Numbered from the stretch's first letter, positions 13,430-26,039 are shown. The stretch: DNA of 64,000 nt from Chlorokybus atmophyticus (GCA_009103225.1 RHPI01001507.1:574765-638764), one strand, 5' to 3'. The notes: generated from the sequence alone by a model not told the origin. A program made the numbers and translations.

Positions 13430-13670
13430 AGCGGCGAGCGACTTGGAGCAAGAAGCCTTCATATAACTGTATTAATGTACTAAGCTAGCAAGCACTCTTT
13501 TACAAAATTCACCACGACAGGCAGCTGAGCAAGCAACTTGGAGCAAGAAGCTATGAAACGAAGCTAGCAAGCAAGCAATCCTTCACAACTCCGTCAGCTA
13601 TTACAGCTGGCGGAGCAGCAAGCAACTTGGAGCAGGGAGCATACAGTCACCGAGATAGCAAGACCTACGT
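13430..13670. repeat. Degenerate tandem repeat, ~90-bp unit, ~3 copies
   Basis: The core ACTTGGAGCA(AGAAGC) recurs at ~13441, ~13537 and ~13626 in an AGCAAGC-rich context. Confidence 0.6.
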
Positions 13671-15315
13671 GCTACATCTATAGCTAGCTCAACAAAAGTG
13701 TTCAATACGTTGTATGTCAATATTAGGAGTGTGGAGCAATGATTGTGCTCAGCTATTGCAGGCATGAGTGGAGCAGGCACTTCAATCCTTTACATGAGCG
13801 TTGGGAATATCCAATTTTCTAGCAGGGCACATTGATAATAGCAATCATTGCTGTTGTCAATGTGCATTGCGCACATTGAAGTCATAAAGGTGTTTGCGTA
13901 GCACGACGCTCTCAACCAACACACGATCAGATTTGCATCATGTAACAATGCCTTCAAGGCTCGCCAACGGGAGTCACAAGTCATCCTTTACATAAAGCAC
14001 CTTTGTTGCACTGTGAGCATTTGCACCTCAACTCATAATTTTGATTTTGCTTTTTTAGCTAATAACAAACTAGACCGAGAGTTTAATGGTACAGCTAACC
14101 AAACAAGGCATTGGTAACATGAAAATTACAAAACAGAAGGGTAAGGCATGCGAGTTCAACTCGCATTTGATAATCTATTGAAGTACAAGGTACAGGATGC
14201 AGGCCTTACTTGGGTCTGAAAGACTTGGATCGCGCCTGTCGTCTTTCAGGGGTGAGGCGCCCACTTGTAGCCACTCCTCTGCAGCCCGCACCATGACGGC
14301 TTGCAAGAACTGAGTTCTTCCGCAACACTTAAGGGTAGCAAGGGAGGGAGCACATCGGAGAGATAACACAAAAAACACCACAAAGCAATGGGACGTAATG
14401 CATGCCAGATAACAGTGAGAGTTGGATGAAAGGATCCCCATCCTGCCCCGAATCAGATCATGTTATTTACTCTTTCCCTAGTCCAATATGGGATTAAAGC
14501 TCTCGTTCTAACATGCCTGAAAAAAAATCGACCAAGAACTAGAGGGAGTTTGAATATGGCCATTGAAGAAAGGTGTAGAGTGTAGTCACCACCTCCTTGC
14601 TGCGACAATTTGAAAAACGCTCTCCGGTCGAGAGGGCGCTGTGCCACATTAATGGCGGTCGTCGAACTTCATAATGGCATTGAATGTAAAATAACACAAT
14701 GTATACGCACGGCCTGTCAAGGCCCTTGACGGCGTGGATGCCTCGTAAAGATCGTCTATGTCACAGTCCATAACAGGAGGCCATTGTCCGGCCACAATCT
14801 ACCATGGTCACAAGGTACACATCTTTTGATGAAATCAATCATGCAGTCTATGTGCAATATGGTGTGAAATATGGTGGGGGGCGAGCTGTGCAGTCACCCA
14901 TCCTGAGTTGGGATTTTCAACACTGTTATAAACGAACGGCGCTTGACTGCGTGGCGCTGCGGCACAATGCTATCATGCACAACGAACTTTTCATATGGGC
15001 CATTGCACAGAGTGTTTTGCAACCAAGTCCCTATATAACGTTATACACGTTAAAACAGGCTGCTAATCATTGCCAGTGGCCAAAAGAGGCGACGGTGACG
15101 GCGGTGGCGGTGGTAGGGANNNNNNNNNNNNNNNNNNNNNNNNNNNNNNNNNNNNNNNNNNNNNNNNNNNNNNNNNNNNNNNNNNNNNNNNNNNNNNNNN
15201 NNNNNNNNNNNNNNNNNNNNNNNNNNNNNNNNNNNNNNNNNNNNNNNNNNNNNNNNNNNNNNNNNNNNNNNNNNNNNNNNNNNNNNNNNNNNNNNNNNNN
15301 NNNNNNNNNNNNNNG

Positions 15316-16925
15316 GGGGGGGAGGCACTCGCCGAGTGTGCGCGGGGCAAGTTCGGCAGAGAGAGGATAAATACATGCGAGAAGTAAAGGCGAGAGATCC
15401 GGGAGTCCTCACGCGTCCGTAGGGTTGGATTCTGTGCTCTGCCCATTGCAAAGAGTGGCACCTTACATCTTGAGAGCACTGTATCCGGTGCTGCATTAAC
15501 CTATCCTCCACGAAAGACGCAAGTGTTGTAATAGAGTAATTAATGCAACGCAACTCGCCCCGCGCGTTTGAAAGGAAGTTTACGAGTTGCCTTTGTAATC
15601 ACATTTGACCGAGTTGACGAAATGTTAACATGTTTTACTACAGCAAGAGCCCACCTTGTAAGACTTTCCAAATTTGCACCTTGTGCTTTAAGGTTTGTTC
15701 AATGTACGTATATTCATAAAAGCGCATATGGTATCAATAACATGTATGCAAGCAAATATGTTACATTCAAACTATGACGGTGCTCGTGCCTTGTCACCTG
15801 TGAGTTGGTCCAATCCACAACCCTCTCACCAAGACACGGTATTCACACCGGAACCTTGCCCCCTCTGCCAAGCACACACGCGCGCCCCGCCACTCGCGTA
15901 CGCACGCGCTTGCGCTCGAAGCTACACACCGACTTGTGTAGCGCCTTGGATCGTCACACAAGCAAGCACACACCAGTGGACACACGCTAGCAACCCCTTC
16001 TAGCCACCACCAAGCTTGCACACAAGAAACTAGGGAGCTAAAGGTTGTATTGCAAATTGTAAAATGTCACTTTTATACCTACCAGTCTGCTCATGCTACT
16101 GTCTAGACGATTCTAGCGCTGGGGGGGAGGCACTCGCCGAGTGTGCGCGGGGCAAGTTCGGCAGAGAGAGGATAAATACATGCGAGAAGTAAAGGCGAGA
16201 GATCCGGGAGTCCTCACGCGTCCGTAGGGTTGGATTCTGTGCTCTGCCCATTGCAAAGAGTGGCACCTTACATCTTGAGAGCACTGTATCCGGTGCTGCA
16301 TTAACCTATCCTCCACGAAAGACGCAAGTGTTGTAATAGAGTAATTAATGCAACGCAACTCGCCCCGCGCGTTTGAAAGGAAGTTTACGAGTTGCCTTTG
16401 TAATCACATTTGACCGAGTTGACGAAATGTTAACATGTTTTACTACAGCAAGAGCCCACCTTGTAAGACTTTCCAAATTTGCACCTTGTGCTTTAAGGTT
16501 TGTTCAATGTACGTATATTCATAAAAGCGCATATGGTATCAATAACATGTATGCAAGCAAATATGTTACATTCAAACTATGACGGTGCTCGTGCCTTGTC
16601 ACCTGTGAGTTGGTCCAATCCACAACCCTCTCACCAAGACACGGTATTCACACCGGAACCTTGCCCCCTCTGCCAAGCACACACGCGCGCCCCGCCACTC
16701 GCGTACGCACGCGCTTGCGCTCGAAGCTACACACCGACTTGTGTAGCGCCTTGGATCGTCACACAAGCAAGCACACACCAGTGGACACACGCTAGCAACC
16801 CCTTCTAGCCACCACCAAGCTTGCACACAAGAAACTAGGGAGCTAAAGGTTGTATTGCAAATTGTAAAATGTCACTTTTATACCTACCAGTCTGCTCATG
16901 CTACTGTCTAGACGATTCTAGCGCT
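15316..16925. repeat. Exact 805-bp tandem duplication next to an assembly gap (flank plus first 348 bp of the LTR)
   Basis: 15316-16120 and 16121-16925 look identical, and the ORF track repeats with an 805 offset. Each copy starts at a G-run; the first abuts the N gap 15120-15314. Confidence 0.9.
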
Positions 16926-17249
16926 AGACGGAACTAGAAGCTAAGATATAATTGGAGAATCTTGTAGTACACTTCTAGACCTTTCCAACGCACCAAAGAT
17001 CTCCTAATTTGCTGCTCATATGGTCAAGTTATACTACTTGGCGCTAGGCCCTTTCAGAAATCTGGTCGAGCCCTTCTCGACTGGCCCTCCGTTTTCTGGC
17101 ACCTTCCGGACTGGTCTTGGGGCCCCGGTCGATATCCGCGGCAGACTCATAACTCGCCGATATCCGCCACAAGTCATACAAAACATGTACCTTACAAATA
17201 AGGCCTAAAACGGCCATGAAAATCACAAAATTTGGCCTTGACTGTTATA
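16578..17249 (-). repeat. 3' LTR of the gypsy element
   Basis: Homologous to 21956-22627 with roughly 16 mismatches by eye. Both terminal dinucleotides have mutated to TA. Confidence 0.95.
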
Positions 17250-20200
17250 TTCCTCCCGCCCCATGTGAGCTTCGTCCTCGAAGCTCGCGAGGTTGTCGTC
17301 GAGCAAGATAGGCATGCACAACGTCTTGAGCATTAGTCAAGTGTGCCTCTGGCTCCTAGGATGCTTCATGCAGCGGATAGCCTTTCCATTTCACTAAGAA
17401 CTTGCGTACGCCATGCACAAACTTCTCACCAAGGATGTCTTCTACCTCCCACTCTGGTTCACCGTCCGTGCCAACCTCGGGGGGCGGCCTTTCTGGCGGT
17501 TGTCCTCGATATGCTTTCAGAAGGGAGACGTGAAAAACGGGGTGCACACGCATGGTGTCGGGTAGCTCCAGCTTGTACGCCACGTCCGAGACAACTTTGC
17601 TGATCTTAAATGGTCCCAACCAGCGTTCATTCAACTTGCAAACTCCCGTACGCACCTGTACGTGCTTCGCGGAGAGTAACACAATGTCGCCTTCCTTAAA
17701 TGTGAGGTGTCGGCGATGCGCGTCCGCGTACTGCTTCTGCCGATTTTGTGCCACCAATAGCGCCTCCCTAGCTGCCTTATTAATGTCCGCGCACTTTGTA
17801 AGGAAGTTATTGGTTGCCTCCACACGCACGTCATGTCGTCGCGGTGTCCATGCCGTCAACGGTGTCAATGGATGTTGCCCGTAGTTCATAAGGAAGGGAG
17901 TGACACCTGTGCTTGCATTGTGGTGGTTGTTGATCGCAAACTCCACCAACTCAAGCAGCTCCGCCCAATTGTCTTGTCGCGCGTTAATGTAGCAACGCAG
18001 AATGTCCTCAATCACACGATTGGCCCGCTCCGTTTGCCCATCAGTTTGCGGGTGGAATGCCGTGCTAAACTTCAGTGTGGTACTAAGTGCACTATGCAGC
18101 GCCTCCCAAAACTTACTTGTAAAGCGCGGGTCGCGATCACTCACAATACTTCGTGGTAATCCATGAGAACGAAACACATGCTTCACGAACAAGCGTGCTG
18201 CCTCCGGTGCCGTGCAAGACTCACTACACGGTGCCAAGCGTACCATTTTGCTGGTTTTATCGACGAACACAAGTATAGCGTCGTACCCTTCTTTTGTCTT
18301 TGGTAGCCCCGTGATAAAGTCCATGGTATTTTGCTCCCACTTGGATAATGGCACAGGGAGAGGTTGCAGCAACCCACCTGGCTTTTGGTTGCTTGCCTTC
18401 ACCCTTTGGCATGCGTCGCACAACGCCACGTAGTCGCGCACATCGCGATGCATCTCTCGTCAGTAAAAACGCTGCTTCAAGCTTGCCAAAGTCCTCTCCA
18501 ACCCTTGGTGACCAACAATGGGCACGTCATGAGCTTCCTTCAACAACTTCACACGGATATGCGCGACGTTGGGGATGTACAAGCGCCCGTGGTGCCAAAG
18601 CAGCCCGTCGCGCATTGACCAATGCCCACTTGTGTCCGTAGCTGCATTTTCCAGCTCTTGTAACACTTTCATACCCTCCGTGTCTTCACGAAGCACTTGC
18701 CGAATCTGGTCGGTCCACTCGGGCTGCACTTGAGCCAGGGCCTCAATTGCATTAAGCCGGCTCAGCGCGTCAGCAGCACCATTTGACGTACCGGGCTTGT
18801 ACTTGATATCGAAATCAAAAAGTTGAAAGAACTCAAGCCATCGAGCTTGTCTGCGACTTAGATGAGGTTGTGTTTGTAAGTATCTCAGTGGAGAGTGATC
18901 CGTCTCAAGCACGAACTTTTTGCCTTCCAAAAAACAACGCCATTGTCGTAGCGCCATGACTTGCGCTAAAAGTTCCTTCTCGTGCACGGGGTAATTCAGC
19001 TTCGCACCACTCATCTTCTTGCTGAAGAATGCTACTGGTTGAAGGCCGTTGCCATGGTCTTGCTGCAAAACAGCTCCTACGGCTGTGTCGGACGCGTCGC
19101 AAGCCAAAATAAATGTCTTTTCCATGTTGGGGTGAGCCAGGACTGGTGCCTCCGTCAGCGCCTTCTTCAACGCAGCAAATGCATGTTCCTCTGTTGCTGA
19201 CCAGCTCCAAGGCTTTCCCTTCTTGAGTAGGGCAGTTAAGGGAGCAGCTATGCGCGAAACCCCATGATAAACTTGCGATAGTACCCCGCAAGGCCTAAAA
19301 AGGACAACACCTCCTTTACGTTCGTTGGGGAAGCCCACTCGCGCACCACCTGCACTTTGTTGGGGTCCGGCTTGATGCCTTCATGCGACACGATGTGGCC
19401 TAGGTACTCCACCTCTCGAAACAAGAATTTGCACTTTTGTAGCCGGGCGTACAGCTTGTGTTCGCGCAAACGCTGCAACACGCGCCGTAGAAGTGCCACG
19501 TGCTCCTCCTTGGTTTTTGCGTAAACCAAAATGTCGTCGAGGTACACGAGGATTCCCTTACCAATCAAGTCAGCAAAAACGCTGTTCATAAGTGTTTGAG
19601 ATGTTGCCGGTGCGTTCGTAAGTCCGAAGGACATGACCAACCACTCGTAGTGCCCATAACGTGTGTTAAACGCTGTGTTTTCTCCACATCCTCGGGCGCG
19701 ATGCGGATTTGGTGATAACCTCCAGCAAGATCAAGTGTTGTGAAGTACTGCGCACCTTGCAATTGCTCTAGCAACTCGTCGATACGTGGGAGTGGAAAGC
19801 AATTCCTCTTCGTGATGTTGTTGAGAGCTCGGTAGTCGACGCACATGCGCAAGCTCCCGTTCTTCTTTCGTACAAACAAAATAGGTGCACCATAGGGGGA
19901 CTTACTAGGCCTAATGTAGCCTCTTTTCAGCAAGTCTGCCACCTGCCTCTCGGCCTCTTCCAGCTCCAAAGGTGACAACTTGTATACGGGTCGATACGGT
20001 GGCTTGTGCACGCCCTCAATCAGCTCCACACGGTGGTCTACGCTCCGTGGAGGTGGTAGACCAGATGGAAGTCCGTCCACCATGATATCTTGGTATTCTT
20101 TAACAAGTTTACACACCGCGGGGTCCATCGTAGCCGTCTTAACATCGTTACTCAGCTCGAGTGCTGATTTTGCAATGTTTTCGCGCACCACGCACAACCA

Positions 20201-20854
20201 TGCAGCCTTTGCCTTCCGTGGAGACAATAACTTCCTCAATTGCACATAACAGATGTGGGCAATTGTCGTGCCACCAGATTGTGCGTGCCGCGCCTCGATA
20301 ACGTCCGACGCAGCTTGAATGGATTTTCCACCATTTCGTTCGATGGTGAGCGCGCGCTTCCTCCAATTGATGGATGGATTATGTTGCCATAGCCACGGTA
20401 GTCCCAATATCCCGTCAAACCCGTTCCGTAGGGTGATGCAGCAAAATCGCATGTTCTCCTTCATCTTCCCAATGCGAACGCACAACTCTTTGGTCATAAA
20501 TGTAGCGCCATCACCTCCAGAGGGTGGCTCTCCATCAGCGAGCTTCACTTTACCTCCTCGTAATGACGAAAGCCAACCGTAACGCCGCGCGATATTAATA
20601 CTCATAAAGTTTCTGGTGGCACCGATATCAATCATGAGCTTACACTCTCTCCATCGTCCTTGGTCATCGCAAATGTGTGCTCGAAGCCCAAAGTACTTTG
20701 TTGTCTCCTCGTTTGCATAACTCACCACCATTGGCACGTTCAAAGCCATCTCCTCTTGCTTCTTTAATGGAAATGTCACAGCATCCGTCCGTGCATGAGG
20801 CTCCTTCCTATCCCCAACAGTAGCCTCCTCACCTACTGGGGGAAGTCGTTTTCC
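17245..20854 (-). pseudogene. pol: Gypsy pol (protease-RT-RNase H-integrase-chromodomain), disrupted
   Basis: Motifs: LMIDIGAT (protease, D-T/S-G altered), PSKSPYGAPILFVRKK, YLDD, DASDTAVGAVLQQ, ADALSR, H-H-C-C zinc finger, MDFITGLP, DRDPRF, QTDGQTER, LGPF, and chromodomain WEVEDIL...FLVKWKGY. Frameshifts at ~19680 and ~19260; stops at 18457-18459 and 17356-17358. Confidence 0.95.
17250..17262 (-). promoter_or_regulatory. Polypurine tract of the gypsy element
   Basis: GGGGCGGGAGGAA on the minus strand immediately precedes the 3' LTR. Confidence 0.9.
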
Positions 20855-21912
20855 TGCTCCACGCCATTTTGCTCCATGGTGTTAACGCGACGATCACGGC
20901 GAGGGTTGCCATCCGGTGTTGGCCTTTGCGTGCTTCGTTTGGGGCATCCGTACGCCAAATGCTCCGTCGACCCACACGCATAACACTTGCGCACACCTTT
21001 ACCTCTTTCACCACGTCCGCCGTGCTTCGCCTCACTTCCATGCGTGTGTATGGCACCCACCTCCATTGGTGCAGGCCCAGAGTCAGCTCCACCTCCATTG
21101 GCAAGTGCTGAACTTGGTTCTCCTCGTCTCCATGCATGTTGAAAGCCTCCCCGGGGCTGATCACCATGCCTTTGCCTCCAGTCAGTGTTTCTTGTGGTGG
21201 ACTTGAAGTACAACGCGTCGAGACGCTCCGCGATGCGTATAGCCTCCGCAAGTGTCTTCGGGTCCCGTAGCTCCACTTCTTTACGCCCCAAAGGTTTTAA
21301 CCCACATGTATACCTGTCCAGCTGCTCCTCCTCGGTCATATTGGGTATGGACATCACCAATCGCTGAAACGCGGCCTTGTACGCCATTACCGACCCCATT
21401 TGCACAAGGGCTGCAAGTTTGTCGCGTGCGGCCTTCACGCTCTCAACGGGAACAAATTGATGCCTGACCTTCAATGCCAACTCTTCCATGGTGGTCAATG
21501 GTAGCGCCAACCCGTTTGCAACACGCGTACATCCATGCCTCCACCACACAAGTGTTGCACCTTCAAGCAATGTCGCTGCAACCTTCACGTGCAGATGCGT
21601 GGGCACCTCCGTGAGCTTCAACCAAGACGATACTTGAAAAATCCATTCATCCACTGCATCTCCATCACGTTGACCCCTGAATGGCTTGGGCTTTGGCACC
21701 TTCACATGCACGCGCGAGCTTGATGCCATGGGAATTTGTACACGCGCCATCGCATGCTCATACGCCTCGCGTTGTGCTTGTGCCGCCGCTTGAGTGTGAT
21801 GAAGCTCTTCCCTCAGTGCCAAGATGGCAGCTTGAAGCTCTTCCATGCGAGCATCCTCCATCTCCACTAACACACTACACTCCGCTTCCGAATGAAAAGT
21901 GTAAACGCCCAC
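20833..21912 (-). CDS. gag: Gypsy gag with CCHC zinc knuckle
   Basis: Intact ORF with capsid-like motifs (EWIFQV...ATLLEGATLVWW...LAALVQMGSV) and CYACGSTEHLAYGC (CX2CX4HX4C). The real start may be a few codons downstream. Confidence 0.9.
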   Translation of the reverse strand: MGVYTFHSEAECSVLVEMEDARMEELQAAILALREELHHTQAAAQAQREAYEHAMARVQIPMASSSRVHVKVPKPKPFRGQRDGDAVDEWIFQVSSWLKLTEVPTHLHVKVAATLLEGATLVWWRHGCTRVANGLALPLTTMEELALKVRHQFVPVESVKAARDKLAALVQMGSVMAYKAAFQRLVMSIPNMTEEEQLDRYTCGLKPLGRKEVELRDPKTLAEAIRIAERLDALYFKSTTRNTDWRQRHGDQPRGGFQHAWRRGEPSSALANGGGADSGPAPMEVGAIHTHGSEAKHGGRGERGKGVRKCYACGSTEHLAYGCPKRSTQRPTPDGNPRRDRRVNTMEQNGVEQENDFPQ

Positions 21913-21941
21913 ACACTTCCTCTCTCACCTTCGTAAACCGT

Positions 21942-21953
21942 GCTCCGATACCA
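21942..21953 (-). promoter_or_regulatory. Primer-binding site (tRNA-iMet type)
   Basis: TGGTATCGGAGC lies 2 nt inside the 5' LTR end, one mismatch from the common iMet PBS TGGTATCAGAGC. Confidence 0.9.
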
Positions 21954-21955
21954 GT

Positions 21956-22627
21956 TGTGACGGTGCTCGTGCCTTGTCACCTGTGAGTTGGTCCAATCCA
22001 CAACCCTCTCACCAAGACACGGTATTCACACCGGAACCTTGCCCCCTCTGCCAAGCACACACGCGCGCCCTGCCACTCGCGTATGCACGCGCTTGCGCTC
22101 GAAGCTACACACCGACTTGTGTAGCGCCTTGGATCGTCACACAAGCAAGCACACACCAGTGGACACACGCTAGCAACCCCTTCTAGCCACCACCAAGCTT
22201 GCACACAAGAAACTAGGGAGCTAAAGGTTGTATTGCAAATTGTAGAATGTCACTTTTATACCTACCAGTCTGCACATGCTACTGTCTAGACGATTCTAGC
22301 GCTAGACGGAACTAGAAGCTAAGATATAATTGCAGAATCTTGTAGTACACTTCTAGACCTTTCCAACGCACCAAAGATCTCCTAATTTGCTGCTCATATG
22401 GTCAAGTTATACTACTTGGCGCCAGGCCCTTCCAGAAATCTGGTCGAGCCCTTCTCGACTGGCACTCCGTTTTCTGGCACCTTCCGGACTGGTCTTGGGG
22501 CCCCGGTCGATATCCGCGGCAGACTCATAACTCACCGATATCCGCCACAAGTCATACAAAACATGTAGCTTACAAATAAGGCCTAAAACGGCCATGAATA
22601 TCACATTGTTTGGCCTTGACTGTTACA
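21956..22627 (-). repeat. 5' LTR of the gypsy element
   Basis: Minus-strand TGTAACA...TCACA, 672 bp, followed by the PBS. Confidence 0.95.
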
Positions 22628-25097
22628 CAAACGGTACGAGGTATATGCAATGTGCTTTCGAAGAAATTTTTACCCGTAGGTGCCACCCACACTTGCTTGA
22701 TATTTATTTTTTGTACTTGGGTACCTGTTACATGCAGTGCTGAATTGCATCCATTCGTAAGCCTTGCACATGTACACGTGCATCCACTCAGCGTCGCCGG
22801 GAGTTCTTCACAAGGGCTTGTGCTCGCATACATATGTGTATATGCACAGATAGTGCGTCAAGGAATCAATACATAGCGTGCTATTCATGTAGCGCGGACT
22901 GAAAATCATTTTCAAGCTGTATATATGTATGATACAACAAAATACATTATACTTATAGTATAAAGATTTTGAGCCAATTGAACATTAAGTACTTGGACTC
23001 TTTGCACTATTGACCACGAACGAGACTCTCTTCATTAAGTCGGTGGCATACTGCGATGATAGTTAAATAACTGTTGGAACGTTAACCCCCAACATGGCAG
23101 CCCCCGAAGTTCGCTTAACCAAAGTATAATGCAATAAGCTTTATTGATCATATTCACCATCATATGATTCCATACCGCAACGCAGTCATGGTAAAGGCTG
23201 TGTGAGATGCAACGCAATGCCATTCGCCGATTGCGCAACCAACAAGTCGATGTCAATACTTTTTATATATTACAAGGTGTCTCAGGCAACAAAGCTAGTG
23301 CTTACCTTTTAATGAGATAGACTAGTCGCAACATTATTGTGGCAGTTGCTGTCATTGTGACAGTGTCAAATGTTAAGAATCTTGTGGAATAACTCCTTTT
23401 ATGTGTACACTGAATGCAATATGGTATTTGGGTGTGCGTACAAGATGTGCAAGGTGCCGTATAAAACCTGCTATGTTGTCACATGCATGCATGCATGCAT
23501 GTGACTATGCATGCTATTCACAAATTACTCACGGTCCATAACAGCTTCACAGCATACCACCGAGCCAACGTCAACTACTTTTGTCTTGAACACCGCTACT
23601 GAGTACTGTGTGTACATAAGATGCAACGGGGATGTCATGCATGCAACCAACCCATACACAACATGCATTAGTCATGAGACATTCCATTGTGTGTGTGGAT
23701 GTGTGTACATGATATATATGACGTCCTTGTTGTACACACGCATGCAGTATGCATATCACTCAAGCATTTCACTCATGCTAGTATACATCTCACCGTTGAT
23801 ACCATCGGGCTATGCTACTGCACTACTCCACACCAACTAGCCTTCCCCGTTATACATGCATATGGTAGAGCAATCGGGGCCAGCAGTGGACAAAGCATAG
23901 CAACACACCGCATAGCAAGACCGAATGAACGGCCACAACCCAAGCACCAACCCACACAGCCAAGCACCACTAACACAACTTACACAAACTACATTATGAG
24001 GGCCTGGACCCTATGTGCGTGCAATGGTATGTGCAATGGTGGATGGCTCGAGCAAGGAGCAACAGCTTGGCTACCTGCATGCACATGCACACTTTTTTCA
24101 TTACCTGCCCACATGGGCTGCATGTGTCCGTCACAAATGTGCATGAAAGATGACTTACACCCTAAGCATACGTACAAACATCTCAGGGGTTGTTGACAAC
24201 ATGTAAATGCCTTCCGCGCAATCAAGTGTATATGAGTGCGGGGGTGGTGTGCTAAGCGTGTGCGTGGCTGGGTGCGGCTTAGCGAGAGCGAGAACGCGAC
24301 GTGACGTGACGCAACATGTCTCACGTTGTCATCACGCGACATGCCCGCTGTCAGAGCCTTCAAGCGGTATACCCGCTTTGCCGGTTCGCATCACAGTGAA
24401 CCGGTACACTTGCAGAGAGAGCGGGGTATGATACCCAAGGTATCACATATACCCAGGGCATCACACCCTAGTGGTGCCCCACAACACGCAGTGCATGTTG
24501 CCTTACACCTCTTCGCTTTGCAACTGCTTTGCAGCTGCTGAAAGCCACCGAAGTAGATACGAATATGCGCCAGAAGCATCGGAGACGATGGGGCAGCACG
24601 GAAGCATATAGAAGCTAAGTGTTCTGTTCACTTTTGGTATGTATTTCGGAACCAATGGCAGTGCTTTGTACCGTACGCATAGCGGTTCCCCTCCCCCTGT
24701 CATGTCAAGTATGCAACCCAAGTCCTCATGTGACATGTGTCCAAGCGTAAAATGCAATCATCAACAGACTTAGTCATGTTTACTAAACATGGACATGTTT
24801 TTTATCCCCTACTCCGAGTAGGGCAGGGATCTATAGACTCTACAGACCTGAATGATGCCAAAGCCCCTTGTCTTCTTATGCATGCCAGGCAACAACAGAC
24901 TTCTCACTCTTTCTTACCCTTTCTGGCCTGTTAGGCAGGCAGAGGAGGCTTGTGTGACAACACTGCCGTCTGCTGTGTGACGAGACAGGGGGCAACATTA
25001 TCGTCAACCGCAGAGTTGTTGAAAGAGGACCACGCAACACGGCGGCTGCTGGGGAATATTACCCCGCCGCTATACCTGTTTCTCGCACCGTCCTGTG

Positions 25098-25104
25098 TAT
25101 AAAA
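25098..25104 (+). promoter_or_regulatory. Putative TATA box of the 2H gene
   Basis: TATAAAA lies ~60 nt before a likely 5'UTR intron donor (gttaag|gtacg) and ~245 nt before the ATG. Position-based inference only. Confidence 0.4.
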
Positions 25105-25344
25105 TGGGGCCCTTGTCGCTGCAGTGCAGAACAGAGCTGTCGTGAGAGGAAGTGTTAAGGTACGAAACAGTGCATTGTCCCCTTCCGCTCTGCTGTCGTG
25201 TGCACGTGCATGCGTGTCTATGCATTTGCTTTTACATGTGCAATGCACATTGTGCATGCATTCTCTAAGCTAACCGCCATTTCCTGGATTGTCTTTTCTG
25301 CGTGCGAGTGCAGAATCTGTCCAGGACATTGCCACTCTGTCACC

Positions 25345-25996
25345 ATGGCTTCCTTCAAGGCCCTCGCTGCCATCTTCGCCCTCCTCGCCATCTCTTCCGT
25401 CGCCGTTGAGGCCCAGGTATACATGTGTGTATGTGTGGGTGTGTATCAGTGCTTCGTCCAACACTCACTGAGACTTGTCTCTCCAGACCTTCATCACCAC
25501 GTACACCATTGCCAAGACGGTGTACAACACCGTGAAGAACGTCCCCGACCCCAAGAAGGTGGAGCTCCACCACACGGTGTACTACCCTCCCGTGGGTGGT
25601 GTGTACAACAAGCTGCGCACCAACGGCAAGATCCCAAGCGGCTACCTCCGCCCCACGCAGAACCGTGGCGAGGCCCACATTACCACCCTGCGTGACGTGG
25701 AGTTCAACCGCATCAACAAGTGGATCACCTTTGACCAACTGGTGGCTCTCGGCAACCAGAACAACATCCAGGCCATCAAGTTCAGCATCAACTGCCTGGG
25801 TGGAGCTTGCCGCACCATCAACGGCCAGAAGGTCTGCGCGTACTTCCTCATTGTCAACAAGAATGACGGACTCCTCAACATCCGCCGCAAGGTAGAACAC
25901 ACACTCACCCCCTGCACACATGCATGCATGTACATGTGTATGTTGCCCGCAATGTTGGCTGCGGTGTAATCCCTGAACACATGCATCCCTGCACAC

Positions 25997-26039
<43 letters not shown>

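Larger units (their letters stand above)
16578..22627 (-). mobile_element. Full-length Ty3/gypsy LTR retrotransposon (chromovirus), inactivated
   Basis: Two 672-bp LTRs (16578-17249, 21956-22627) with TSD CAAAC (16573-16577, 22628-22632). PBS TGGTATCGGAGC and PPT GGGGCGGGAGGAA are present. Domain order is gag-PR-RT-RH-IN-chromodomain. Confidence 0.97.

Noticed and set aside
13430-13670. Short repeats with spacers as a possible CRISPR array (also 2945-3060, 42883-43009, 43345-43468)
   Set aside because: Eukaryotic context, only 2-3 degenerate units, no unique equal-length spacers and no cas genes.
16578-22627. Fungal-style RIP as the cause of gypsy decay
   Set aside because: Some CpA>TpA changes occur, but the LTRs differ by only ~2-3% and include CpG and transversion changes, far below RIP density. 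Ordinary methylation-driven decay is sufficient.
23687-24196. ORF containing CNGGW, reminiscent of papain-family proteases
   Set aside because: No QxxCGSCW or catalytic His/Asn motifs, and the sequence has non-coding TG/CA-rich composition.
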